From Naegleria gruberi (Eukaryota), in the NCBI GenBank assembly GCA_000004985.1, contig GG738919.1: DNA of 64,000 bases, one strand, 5' to 3'. The translations under genes and the position numbers were made by a program. Positions 51,479 to 62,523 of the stretch are shown piece by piece. Below the pieces are notes generated by a model that saw only the letters and a program-made list of their open reading frames with translations, was not told where the DNA came from and made no database searches. Each line of letters starts with the position of its first letter. The first letter of the stretch is position 1.

Positions 51479-53289
51479 ATCTTCTTTTGGGTAAATTCCA
51501 TCTCGATTTGAATTTGTAAAATTCGTTCAGTTGTAATGGAAGATTCCAAATCTAGACTGTTTCGAATAATGAGCAATACAATCTTACTAACCACTGAATA
51601 GATTTGAGTATTGAACCCATAAGTTAAACTGGAAATTGTCTTGAAAAAGAAAAATGGAAAGTAATGACTGGCAGTTTCGTTCCAATTAGTTGAGAAGGAA
51701 GAAACTTTTTCCTCAAATTTGAAATCTTGCAAAAAGCTCACAACCAATTCATTCTCCATTTCTGAATCGATTAATGAAAATAAAAAGGAAATTTGTTCAA
51801 TTTCAATTTGATAATAATTTTCAGGTTGACCAAACAATTTTTCTCCTCCACGACCACTTCCAGATTCCAATCTTTCAAAATTATCATTCGGCTCCACATA
51901 GACACTATTAAATTCAATCTTCTTATCACAATTCCAAAAGTGATTTTCATATTGATTGTCAGCTCTTACAGAGCTAGAGCAGAGTAAATGATGGAGAGCG
52001 AATTGACAAGCAAACATGAGAAATTGTTTGTCTTTTTGGAGGTTGACTGGTTGAGATTTCAACTTTTTAAAACCGAGATTGAATAAAATTTCACAATATT
52101 TTCTCCACTTGTTGAGTTTGATGTCGATTTGGATTTCTTCTGGAAGAGTTGACTTGGATTTTGATTCGTCTGGCTTATTTTCTTGTTGGAATTTTGAGTT
52201 GGATTGATAATTGTAAGATAATTCAGCAATGTTTTCAAATGGAACAGTCTTATTGTCATGAGTTACAATAGTTGTTGGATTAGTTTCACTTTCAGAAATA
52301 TTGGAAACTATTGAACTGCCACAAGTACAACTACTCGAACAACTAATGCAACTTCCTGACCTTCCAGAAATAGTTTCACTATTGGCTAACCCACCACTAT
52401 TTACAGAACTTTCGTCTGAAATCTCATAATTGTTAGTTCTAAATCTAACAATACTTTGCAACATTTCAAAGCACTGTTGTGCATCATATTCATCTTCCAT
52501 TAGAAACAACTCAACTAAAATGGCCTCAATCTTATCAACGGCTACACCCAATTCATCCAACTTTCCAATATCACATGGTAAGAATCTCAAGAATTCCCTC
52601 TTAAATCCATTCTTAAATTCAATGAATTCTCGATCATGGAGAGATCTCACAATTTCTTCTTTCTCTTCTTCTTTTTTCTCTTCAATCTTGCCACCATTTG
52701 CTTCATAATCTTTAATTTCTCGATTCAATTTCATGCCTAATTGCCTCTCCTCTTCACATCTCTTTGCATCTTTTCCATGTTCTTCAATTTCTTTTCTTCT
52801 CTTTTTTAAGTTTTCTTCAAAACTCAGTGTTAGTGGTATGTTTGTGGTTGTGGATTTTGATTTTGAGACAAACATTGAAACATCTAAATTAAATAAATCT
52901 TCATCATCATCTTCTGTTGGGATTGGATTCAGAGTGGAAGAGGTAGGAATAGGAATCATTGGAATGAGTGCGCCATTTGATTGTAGTGCAAATGTTGATA
53001 AAGATGGATCAGAATTGGAGCTGTCAATTTGTTCATTTGCTTGTTCTTCATCTGTTGTGTTAAGAGGTACAGAAGAAATTGGAGCAGATGAAGATATAGA
53101 AGGGACATCAGCAGATGAGGATTGTTCTGTTGATGATGAACAAGATTGGTAAATTAATTGATCAATCTTTGCATCATGTTCGGAGGTGGAAATTTCCTTG
53201 ATTTTCTTGACTGAATTTTCCTCTTCACTTGCCAAAGTGCTTTCCTTTCTCTTCTTGCCAGTATCTTCGATCGAATGAATAACAGTCAT
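51475..53289 (-). CDS. Hypothetical 604-aa protein with a charged coiled-coil segment and a Ser/Cys-rich region.
   Basis: ATG at 53289, long ORF with no recognisable domain. Followed immediately by ORF 51239..51478, whose start codon overlaps the stop (ATATGA). Confidence 0.5.
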   Translation of the reverse strand: MTVIHSIEDTGKKRKESTLASEEENSVKKIKEISTSEHDAKIDQLIYQSCSSSTEQSSSADVPSISSSAPISSVPLNTTDEEQANEQIDSSNSDPSLSTFALQSNGALIPMIPIPTSSTLNPIPTEDDDEDLFNLDVSMFVSKSKSTTTNIPLTLSFEENLKKRRKEIEEHGKDAKRCEEERQLGMKLNREIKDYEANGGKIEEKKEEEKEEIVRSLHDREFIEFKNGFKREFLRFLPCDIGKLDELGVAVDKIEAILVELFLMEDEYDAQQCFEMLQSIVRFRTNNYEISDESSVNSGGLANSETISGRSGSCISCSSSCTCGSSIVSNISESETNPTTIVTHDNKTVPFENIAELSYNYQSNSKFQQENKPDESKSKSTLPEEIQIDIKLNKWRKYCEILFNLGFKKLKSQPVNLQKDKQFLMFACQFALHHLLCSSSVRADNQYENHFWNCDKKIEFNSVYVEPNDNFERLESGSGRGGEKLFGQPENYYQIEIEQISFLFSLIDSEMENELVVSFLQDFKFEEKVSSFSTNWNETASHYFPFFFFKTISSLTYGFNTQIYSVVSKIVLLIIRNSLDLESSITTERILQIQIEMEFTQKKI

Positions 53290-53689
53290 TCTTGAGTATT
53301 GTTTTTTTTTGCTTGTAAATTGTGCTAAATTTAATAGAGATTTTTACCGAGAAAACAAAAAGAACAAAAATATTTGTTAGGTGACGAGTTGAAAGACAAG
53401 CTTTTTAGTATGTGATTTGTTTTCACTGTTGAACATTGAAAATTGAAAGATCCTTATTCTCTTTGGACCATAGAAATTTTTGTAAATTTGATACAATGAA
53501 GCAAATCAAATGTTTCAAGTCAAAAATATTGAAAAAAATGGGCACGAATCTGAGATTATTATCTCAGTGAATACAATTATTGAATAGTTGAAATTTGAGA
53601 ATTTTATACCCGTGTGAGTTTACTTTGAGTGATATAAAAATAAAATTGTGAACTAGAGCACGAAGAAAAAATAAAGTGCTTCCTTGATT

Positions 53690-54415
53690 CTATAGCTTTG
53701 TGATTGTAAACCGTCCATTCAATTCTCCAACATTAATATCTGTTCCATTTGAGCGTACAGAGTACTTCTTTTCCTTCCCAATACGTTCAATTTGGTCATT
53801 TACTGGTTGTATTTGTTTTATCTTACCAAAAACTCCAGCCACTACACTAACAGCAGACGTCAAACCACTTGTAATAGCAACAGAAGCTCCAGTAGCAGCA
53901 GTGACAGAAGTAGTTGTTACCACAGCTGTTCCCAATCCAATTCCTTTGGTAACAGCAACACCACTACCAATTCCAAGTCCTGTTGAGGCAGCAAGTCCTG
54001 TACCAATACCAACACCACTACCAACACCAGAAGAGCCAGCAATTATTCCAGTACCACTCACAGTTGACCCAACCACAACACCACTTCCAACAGTAATACC
54101 ACTTCCTGCACCAACTCCAAGAAGAGGCAATGCAAGACTTCCAAGCACAGCTAATCCAGCAATTACAACTGCAGTTCCACCCACACTGCCCAATACTGTT
54201 GCAACAATTGGGAGGGCAATTTCACTGGTTCTTAGTGTTTTAGTTTCATCCAAGCATTCTTCTACAGAAACAGTAAAGAAAACATTGCCAATGCCATCAA
54301 AATGAAAGGATTGTCCTGTTTGAATGATGGCTTCATACAAGGGTCCAACGTGGGACAATCGAACACGAATTACTTTTTCAGTTTGGTTGTTGACTCTGAT
54401 ACCTGAGTGGGACAT
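53690..54415 (-). CDS. Glycine/alanine/serine/threonine/valine-rich low-complexity protein with a short globular N-terminal domain.
   Basis: ATG at 54415. Long G-x-G/VAxT repeats. Confidence 0.45.
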   Translation of the reverse strand: MSHSGIRVNNQTEKVIRVRLSHVGPLYEAIIQTGQSFHFDGIGNVFFTVSVEECLDETKTLRTSEIALPIVATVLGSVGGTAVVIAGLAVLGSLALPLLGVGAGSGITVGSGVVVGSTVSGTGIIAGSSGVGSGVGIGTGLAASTGLGIGSGVAVTKGIGLGTAVVTTTSVTAATGASVAITSGLTSAVSVVAGVFGKIKQIQPVNDQIERIGKEKKYSVRSNGTDINVGELNGRFTITKL

Positions 54416-54557
54416 TTTTTTTCAGAAGAAACTGAAATTTCAAAGAAGGGGATTTTCTGTTAGTAGTAATTTGGTTTATCCTTCAATCTAGATCAAGAAT
54501 TCCTTTCTCGAATTTAAAGTCGTTACACTTGTGATAAACAAGTTCTATGAACAAGAA

Positions 54558-54628
54558 GCGTCGATGGTATAGTGGTAGAATACGGCGTTGCCATCGCCGT
54601 GACCCGGGTTCAATTCCCGGTCGACGCA
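54558..54628 (+). tRNA. tRNA-Gly (anticodon GCC).
   Basis: GCGTCGATGGTATAGTGGTAGAATACGGCGTTGCCATCGCCGTGACCCGGGTTCAATTCCCGGTCGACGCA. Perfect acceptor stem GCGTCGA/TCGACGC, anticodon loop TTGCCAT. Confidence 0.9.
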
Positions 54629-54889
54629 TTCAGGAATTACCTTTTTACATTCATATTGCTCATGTTCACAATTTTATTTTTATACCGCTAAAAGTAAACT
54701 CACACATCTACAAAATTCTCAAATTTCAAGCATCCAATACTTGTATTCACTGAGATAATAGTCTCAGTTTCATGACCAAATTTTTTTCCAAAATTTTTTC
54801 CTCACTGAACTTGAACTTCTCCTCCTTTTTGAATGCTTTTGTGTTGCATCGATTTGTTATGAACTTTTCATTTTAAACATCAAAAAAAA

Positions 54890-55777
54890 ATGACAAATAT
54901 CGAATCACACCAAGACCCTTTTCCACAAGATGACATTTTACTGCCATTTACAAACGAATCCAACAAGGAAAACTCCCCAACACCATCACTTGGTCAATTG
55001 GAAGACTTTCCTTTCGAATTATTAATTTCCATTGCAACCCATTTGAACGGAAAGGACATTTATTCATTGTCAAAAGTCAATTCAGTGTTTTTAAAATTAT
55101 TGTTCAATCAGACAAGTTCTAGAATTGCAAAAGTGTTGCTTCCATACAAGATAGAAGGAAGAAATCAAAAATTAAATTCATTTTCCATTCTAAGACAAAG
55201 ATCAACAGCTTTCGAATATAGAAAAGATGAGCTAGATCAGCAACTCTTCAACATGGTCCAAGAAAGAATTTGGAAACCACTTGTTTGTTATTATTTTCCA
55301 AGATTTAACATTGGACTTGATGTCAAAAATTGGATGCACTTATTAAGGAGAAGAATTGCTCATTTGCAAGTCAACTCGCCACATTATTTACCTCTGACTA
55401 AACATGAACCTATTAAGAGACCTCTAAAAGAGGGAGAAACTAAACCTCCAGTCAAATTTAATCCGTATATGGATCCTTTCGAATGGGCAACAAAAATGGA
55501 AGAACGAAACCCATACGAAATTGATGGAATTGAAAATTGTGAGTGGGTCTATAAGTGTCCAATGGATTATGATTCCATGATTGAAGATGATCCAGAGAAG
55601 AGGTTTTGTACTAATTGTGGAAAACATGTTTATAAGGTTTATTCTCAGGACGATGTGGAATCTCATTCGAAATTGGGACATTGTATTGTAATGATGAAAT
55701 TGGAAATGCCTCCTATTCCACCAGTTCTTGGAATGCCTGTTTTCCTGCCTCCTACTCCTCCACCACCAGCTCAGTAA
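54890..55777 (+). CDS. F-box protein with a C-terminal Cys/His-rich (zinc-binding-like) region and a Pro-rich tail.
   Basis: F-box FPFELLISIATHLNGKDIYSLSKVNSVFLKLLF. CPMDY...CTNCGKHVY...HC. ATG at 54890. Confidence 0.5.
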   Translation: MTNIESHQDPFPQDDILLPFTNESNKENSPTPSLGQLEDFPFELLISIATHLNGKDIYSLSKVNSVFLKLLFNQTSSRIAKVLLPYKIEGRNQKLNSFSILRQRSTAFEYRKDELDQQLFNMVQERIWKPLVCYYFPRFNIGLDVKNWMHLLRRRIAHLQVNSPHYLPLTKHEPIKRPLKEGETKPPVKFNPYMDPFEWATKMEERNPYEIDGIENCEWVYKCPMDYDSMIEDDPEKRFCTNCGKHVYKVYSQDDVESHSKLGHCIVMMKLEMPPIPPVLGMPVFLPPTPPPPAQ

Positions 55778-55867
55778 TTAGTTTATCATTCTAATAAATT
55801 TCAGATACATATTTATTCTATTTCGAATCCATTCGAATCATACAAATTTTTATGGAGAATTATAAAG

Positions 55868-56946
55868 TTATGGCTTTAAGCAACAGGTTGGAATTTGGAA
55901 AGTAACTTGTTTGACTTCAACTTGACCAATTGAGCTTTCCTTAAATTCACCATAATGAAATTCTCTCTTATTTGGAAATTGGACGAAATGATTCGAAAGC
56001 CAAGCACTTTCCTCTATGGCAGAAGCAACATTTCCACTAACACTTGTTGGCTTTCCACTCTCAAACTCCAACTTGTTATCAAACTTGTAACAAGTTGGAT
56101 AACCTTCAATACTACCTTTATAGGTAATGACATTTCCGTAATCCTCTTCGGTCAACTCTGAATTCTTGAGTTTGAATAAACGATAGGTAATACTAAAGAA
56201 TTTTGCATTTCCAACAATTAATTTTGCATATCTGGATTGGAAGCAACAATTTCAACACGGTTGACTTCTCTAATAACATCAAAACCAATCTTTCTGCAAG
56301 TATTCAAGAAATCATTGACATAGTAAACAGTTCCAATACATGAACCAAGTATGGAAAGTTTCTCACGAGCTGCTGGATGAATCTTCCTGTCAGAATAAAT
56401 GTCAGAAAAGACAAATTCACCGCCAAACTTTAAAACTTTGTAAACTTGACGAAGGACTTGTTCTTTCTTAGGGGACAAGTTGATGACACAATTGGAAGTG
56501 ATCAAATCGATGGATTCACTGGTAACACCTGGAATTTGATCCAATTCTTCAATTAGACCTTCATGGAATTCAATCTTGGCAATATTCATATTTGCATTCT
56601 TGATTGACTCGATGAATTTTGGAGTAAACTCTCTAGCTTGCTCCACTTGACTCTTGGTCATGTCCACGCCAATAACCTTTCCTTGCTCACCAACAATGAT
56701 CGATGCAAGAAAAACATCCCTTCCAATGCCACTTCCCAAATCAAGAACTGTCAATCCCTTAATACCAAGTGGGACAGCTGAACCACAACCATAAAACTTT
56801 TCATGAACCTCAGCTGGAATCAATCCAAGATACTTTTGAATTAACAAGTGAGGTTTTGAAGCTAGGAAACAACTATTGGAAATCAAAGCTTCATTACTTT
56901 GCTTGTTGGAGTAGTGTTCTTTAATAGAGTCATAGATGGATTCCAT
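55868..56946 (-). CDS. AS3MT: Arsenite (As-III) S-adenosylmethionine methyltransferase. The reading frame is broken by a 1-nt shift in an A4 run near 56222-56225; the C-terminal third continues in ORF 55868..56155.
   Basis: YGCGSAVPLGIKGLTVLDLGSGIGRDVFLASIIVGEQGKVIGVDMTKSQVEQAR (SAM-binding). SNCVINL..KVLKFGGEFVFSDIY. The downstream frame gives GNAKFFSITYRLFK, matching human AS3MT GDCRFVSATFRLFK. Confidence 0.7.
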
Positions 56947-57368
56947 ATTATTATTTTGAAAATTGAGAGAATTGAGATAATTTCACAGAAAGCAATTAAG
57001 ATTTTGTTTTTTGAATTGGTTTTTAGATGAATTGCTGATGAATACAGTAGAATTTATACCAATTTAAATGCACAGAGATGAATAGATGAATGAAATTGCG
57101 TGCGTTCTAAAGCATAGGTCTTCCTGGATGCGTGCGGATTTTGATCGAATAGTTCAATCCAAAGTTTAATTTTGTAAGTAGGGCACTTTATGCGCACGCA
57201 AAACTGAACTGTATTTGATACACGTCTTGTTGAAGATTTGTTTTTCATTAAGATGATACACAACAGTGGATATTATTATTGCATGGTTCAAATTAATTGA
57301 GAATTAAGTTAAATTTGTGAATTGTTTAATAATAGTTTAATAATATAAATGTACAAATTTGAGAGAGC

Positions 57369-58261
57369 TTATTTCCTCTTCTTCTTGTGAATGGCTTCTA
57401 CGAGGGCCATGAAAGCATCACTATTTAAATGTTGTTAAATATTATATTTGAAGAAAATACTTACTTGACATTTTGTCCTGATTTGGCACTAACCTCAAAA
57501 ACTATTTCACCACAACATATTAGATCTATTTCCATAATTATTATAAAACTAAATACATACCTCTATCCACTACACATGAAGTATTTTTACAGAATGCATT
57601 GGCTTCTTCAGTTTTAACCATTCTTTCATCAGCCAAGTCAGCCTTATTACCAACAAGCAATACTGTAATATCATCTTGAGGTGAAGTATTCTTTTCAATA
57701 TTAGTAATCCACTTTTGAACATTTTGGAATGATTCAGAATCTGTCATGTCATAAACAACCAACACTCCAGCACATCCACGATAATAAGTAGCTTGAATAG
57801 TATTATACCTTTCCTGAAAGAAATGTGTCAGAGAAATTCTTTCAAAAACTTACTTGACCTGCTGTATCCCAAATTTGTAACTTTATCATTTGATTGTCAA
57901 TTGTAACATCCTTCTTTTTAAAATCAACACCAATAGTTGCAATATAATTTTCCTGGAATGATCCATCAACCCACTTGATTGCCAAAGAAGTTTTTCCGAC
58001 GCCAGCATCACCTATTGTTGTTATTATTTTCCAATATTTAATTCATTAATCCAATATTATTGTCATTCCAATAATATTATTATTATTATTATTACACAGT
58101 TGATGATGATGATCAGCAACATCAACACACTTACCTAACAGAAGAATTTTGTAGGTAACTTTTTGCTCCACCACTTCACCATGTCCATGAACATTCAACT
58201 TGTTATTTCGGGATGAACCTGATGATGATGATGAATTTGATTTTGAATTATTACAACCCAT
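57369..58261 (-). CDS. Rab-family small GTPase with an N-terminal MGC acylation motif and no C-terminal Cys (ARA6-like), join(57369..57420,57465..57501,57561..57813,57854..58011,58135..58261). Four introns of 123, 40, 59 and 44 nt.
   Basis: Spliced product: MGCNNSKS...YKILLLGDAGVGKTSL...TIGVDF...IWDTAGQERY...YYRG...LLVGNKADL...FEVSAK...DAFMALVEAIHKKKRK*. All donors are GTAAGT/GTATGT and acceptors AATAG/TTCAG. Confidence 0.7.
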
Positions 58262-58787
58262 TTTCTCCTCTTTTATATTAATTCCAAATCCGCAATCTCG
58301 CTCTATTTAATAATAATAATTTAATAAATCAAACTCTAATGATCAAAGACGGTTTGTTCCTTTGTTCTCCTTTATTTTTTCCAACAACTCTGAAGAGGTT
58401 AAAGTTTGTTGCTTTTTTTGTTGTTGTTCCTTCTTCTCATCCATCATCAATCACAAAACAAGCGTAATTTGATGATGAGGAAGGGAAAAAGCAAATGGAA
58501 ATCGAAAATCAAGAAAGATATTATTGATTTGATTGTTAGTAAGATTGCTGTGCCGTGTTGATGTTGGTGATCGAAGTATTTTTCTATTTGAGTTGAGAAT
58601 GTAAATGCTCTTACGGAGAAAAAAACCTTAATTGGTTGGATCACTCAGACTAAAGAGTGAAATAATGAATTGTTTGGATCAATTTCAAAACTTACGAATT
58701 AATTTGCTTCAATTCTTCATCATCAAAAAAAGCTGAAAATGAATTAAAATTTTAAAAATTAATTTTTTCATCTCAAAATTTAAAAAA

Positions 58788-59546
58788 ATGGCACCAAAGA
58801 AAAAACCAATTAACAAGAAACCAGAAAGACCAGACAGAAACAAGCAAACAAAGCTTGAAGTCCTTGCTGAAGATCTTGAAAAACTTGATTTGGAAAACAA
58901 ATTGAGAGAAGAGGAAGAAGATTCTGATGAAGAAGAAGAAATTGTTGTTAGCCGAGTTGAAGCCAAAAAAGTTGATTACTGTGCCGAATGTTCATTCCCA
59001 ATTGAATATTGCGAATTTTCTGATAAATGGCCATTGTGCGAAAAGTGGCTTGAAACTAGATTCCCAGAAAAATTAAAAGAATTAATTGAATTGAGAGAAG
59101 GTGATAAAAACAAGAATAAGAAAATTGATAAAAAAGTCGCCAGAGAAGTCAAGGAAATTGTGGAAGGTACCGAAGAAAAGAGAGTTGCAACCAAATCAAA
59201 TAGAGAATTACTTATTCGTATCGATAAAAGAAGCAAGAGAAAACGTTTGACACTCATTACAGGAATTGAAGCTTTTATGGAGGATGCATTCAGAGGTGAT
59301 GAAAAGTTTTTCAAGGATGTTGTCAAAATTTTCGGAAAGAAATTTGCTTGTGGATGTAGTATTGTGAAAAAACCAGAACTTTCTATTGAAATTCAAGGTA
59401 ATGTTCCTGGCAAAGTTGCCAAGTACTTTACTAAAGAATTGGGTGTTGACATTAATCAAATCTATGTCCTCGAAGATAAGAAAAAGACGAAAGCCTCTGA
59501 TTATGTTTTCGACAGTGATGAAGAGGAAGATGATTCAGATGAATAA
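58788..59546 (+). CDS. DENR: Density-regulated protein (DENR): zinc-binding N-terminal region and a C-terminal SUI1 domain.
   Basis: VDYCAECSFPIEYCEFSDKWPLCEKWL and the SUI1 domain LTLITGIEAFMEDAFRGDEKFFKDVVKIFGKKFACGCSIVKK...IQGNV. ATG at 58788. Confidence 0.85.
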   Translation: MAPKKKPINKKPERPDRNKQTKLEVLAEDLEKLDLENKLREEEEDSDEEEEIVVSRVEAKKVDYCAECSFPIEYCEFSDKWPLCEKWLETRFPEKLKELIELREGDKNKNKKIDKKVAREVKEIVEGTEEKRVATKSNRELLIRIDKRSKRKRLTLITGIEAFMEDAFRGDEKFFKDVVKIFGKKFACGCSIVKKPELSIEIQGNVPGKVAKYFTKELGVDINQIYVLEDKKKTKASDYVFDSDEEEDDSDE

Positions 59547-59710
59547 ACATTTCTATTATCTCAACAACTGTTTCAATTATTATCAAAAATCAATTTAAAA
59601 TACTGATTCAGTACTTCACACAAATTCTTCAGATTCACTATTGAAATAATCAAATCAGGAAAAAAGAAATAAATGATTTGAAAAACTAATAAATTAAATT
59701 TACAAAGAAC

Positions 59711-61004
59711 TTATTGTTGCTTGCATTCTTGTTGGCCAGCAGCAGGTTGTTCACCACCTTCTCCTTGTGGTTGAGTAAGACCAGCTTGGATTTGAGTGAG
59801 CATGTCAGCAACTTCTGGGACAGTTGAGAAATCACCTTCCTTTGGCAAAGCAACGTTCAAGAAGTAATCAACAGCGTTTGGAATAATTCTTTCCTTGAGA
59901 ATGTCTCCGATTTCAGCATCAGCTTCCAACAATTCTTGCAAGATCATGTTTTCTTCATTTTCTTCCTTTTGAATTTCTTCATCGAGATTCTTGAAGAAGT
60001 TGAAGAAAGAGTCCTTTGGTTCCTTAACTTGAATAGTTCTGGTTCTGTTTCCAGACTTGTGCTTTTGCTTCTTGGTGGTAACCTTGACAGTCAAATCCTT
60101 ACCTTCAGCCCAGGTAATTTCAGTACCTTCAGAAGTGGCAATATCTTCACTATCGGCTTCTTCGTAATAGTATGACTTGACGAGTTGAGTGTTGGTGAAG
60201 AATGGATTTTCATTGAATTGGAAGATAATTCTGAAACCTGGATTATGCTTGTAATCAATTTCTTCTTCTTCTTCTTCTTCCTTCTTTTCAGCAGATTCTT
60301 CCTTTGGCTTGGCTGGGAATTCTTCCATGACAACATTCTTCAAGAACTTCAAAGCTTCCAAATCATCTTCTTGGATCAATTCAGCCTTGATTTCAGAGTG
60401 GAGCAAAACCTTGTACCAGAAATCTGGAACACCCTTCAAATCTTCAGTCTTTTCAGTGGTAACTTCGGACAAAGCAACAGTAGACAATTCTTCAGAGGTA
60501 GCTTCAACTTCACCAGTAACAATTTCGTTTCTTCTAATAATAACTGGAGCATAGAGAGCAGCATACTTTTCTCTGAGCTTCAAGTATTCTTCTTCGAATT
60601 GCTTTTCCAAATCAGAGTACTTTTGTTGGAGGTTCTTCAAAACACCAATAACCTTTTGAGTCTTGGCTGGATATTCAGCAAGTTGCTTCTTTTCAATCTT
60701 TTCGAGTTCTTCTGGGGTAGCCTTTCTCATGAGCATTGGGTGCTATTATTATTGTTAGATTAATTGTTGTTGTCAATAGTTATAAAGTACATCAGCAGAG
60801 AGGGAATGTTCAATAATATCAAGTTGTTTCCACATCATCGTCGGTTAAAATTATTATTATTAATAAATTTCATAGATTAACTTCCTCAACATTCTAACCA
60901 GCAAAACTACTTACACCATACATTTCTTCTTCGATATCTTCTTCTTCATCGAAGTCTTCTTCTTCAGCAGGAGCAAAGTTAAAGTTGAACTTTTGTGGAG
61001 GCAT
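59711..61004 (-). CDS. NAP1: Nucleosome assembly protein 1, join(59711..60742,60915..61004) with a 172-nt intron. C-terminal CKQQ CaaX box.
   Basis: Exon 1 MPPQKFNFNFAPAEEEDFDEEEDIEEEMYG|GTAAGT. Acceptor AATAATAG|CAC is in frame with ORF 59711..60736. NAP signatures VIGVLKNLQ..LE..F..EY..LREKY, DFWYKVL, PGFRIIFQFNENPFFTN. Ends ...ECKQQ. Confidence 0.8.
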
Positions 61005-61841
61005 GGTTAGTTATTGGTGATTTTGTTATTTTTTTTAAGACCGGATTTTTGAATCTCAAACTTGGCTTGCACCTTCATGGTTTAAAATTGCAAGCTGCTT
61101 AGGTGTGTGAAGTTGTTTGCATTGGCTTTGAAGAAAAAAACAAGGATTGATGTTGGTTGAAGATGGTGTTTGTTGGAATGATGGTTGGATTGGCAGGGTA
61201 TGGATTGGGTGGTTAACGGTTAAGATACTAGTATTCGAAAGAACAATTGTGAAGAGAAACAACAGTTCAACAAAAAAGATGATTTGCTATTATTGGATCA
61301 AGCTTATTGGAAAGATTGAATTGTTTCGAAAGATCTTGATTCAATTTGATTCAGTGCACTATTTTTACCGTAATGGCTTGAATTGGATGCATTCTGGATT
61401 GTGTTCAGTTAAGTGTTGGATTTGACAATAGATTACAATATCCATCACAATTTTAACACTACTTTAGAACAATATGAAAATCTCCAAACGAATAAAATTA
61501 AAGATCATTTTCATATCAAATATTTGAGTTCTTTTCTCAAGAAGTAGGATCAATAATTAGTTAGTAAATTATTCCATGGATCATGACAACCAAACTCTTG
61601 AAATCTTTCAGAAGGAAGAAATTTCAATGTGTTCAATGATTGTTAGGACTTATTTGCACAAATTCCATTCTTCTTTTCATCATGTTAAATTATTATTAAA
61701 TTTAAATAATATTCGTTTAATATTTTACACATATTTACATAAAATCATCATTACTCTCTAGCATTCCAGATTCAGATATTCTCTATCTGGAATTGAATAA
61801 ACTCAATTATATGAAAATTTCAAATTCTTTTTCCAATATTA

Positions 61842-62345
61842 TTATTGAAAGGAAGGAACAGGAGCTTGAACTGGTCTCGTTTGTTTTCTCTTCTTGGCAC
61901 CTATTAATACACAACTCGTTGAATTATTGGATTGTTTCAAATGTGATTTTTTGAAATTTTCATCTTGTTGGTGCACAATCGAGACAATTGAACGTTTCCT
62001 TGAGGAATTAATTTCCTTTCCGAAAAGAATTGAATTTTCAGAAAAACAATTATCCAAATCATTAACATGCCCATTCAGTTTCATCATTCCCATTTCCTTC
62101 TTAATGTGTTGGGGTGTAATGAATGGAATTGAATTTCTCATATCCTCATCATTATATTTCTGATCTGCTGCTACTGCTAAATTAGCTCGAGTGGATTTCT
62201 TTGAAGAGGATGAGGATGAGGCTGAGGAGGTGGATTGTTTCAATTTTGGTGAATTATTTTCTTCACTCGATGAAGGAGTTGGCGAGGAAGAAGGTGAATC
62301 TGGTTTATTCCTTTTCGTGGAAGCTCTTCTCTTTCTCGAAGTCAT
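61842..62345 (-). CDS. Hypothetical basic/Ser-rich (nuclear-type) protein, 167 aa. The ORF track extends to 62576, but that upstream part overlaps the AMZ gene's 3' end.
   Basis: Internal ATG at 62345 with an A-rich context. MTSRKRRASTKRNKPDSPSSSPTPSSS... Confidence 0.35.
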   Translation of the reverse strand: MTSRKRRASTKRNKPDSPSSSPTPSSSEENNSPKLKQSTSSASSSSSSKKSTRANLAVAADQKYNDEDMRNSIPFITPQHIKKEMGMMKLNGHVNDLDNCFSENSILFGKEINSSRKRSIVSIVHQQDENFKKSHLKQSNNSTSCVLIGAKKRKQTRPVQAPVPSFQ

Positions 62346-62523
62346 TTTTTTTTGTGTTTTTGTAATGAAATTATTTAATATTTCGAAGTGTGGTGATTGG
62401 ATGGAAAATTGTCCTACCAGTTTTTTTGTGTTTTGCATGATGGGATGATGAATTAATTGTGAATTAATTGGATGTATGAGTACATATTGTGAATTGAAAT
62501 TGTTTTGGAATATTGTGTGTGAA

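Noticed and set aside
59936-60763. Plus-strand ORFs inside NAP1 (59936..60175, 60185..60763, 60309..60554) and inside AMZ (63338..63961).
   Set aside because: Antisense and low-complexity translations of well-supported minus-strand genes.
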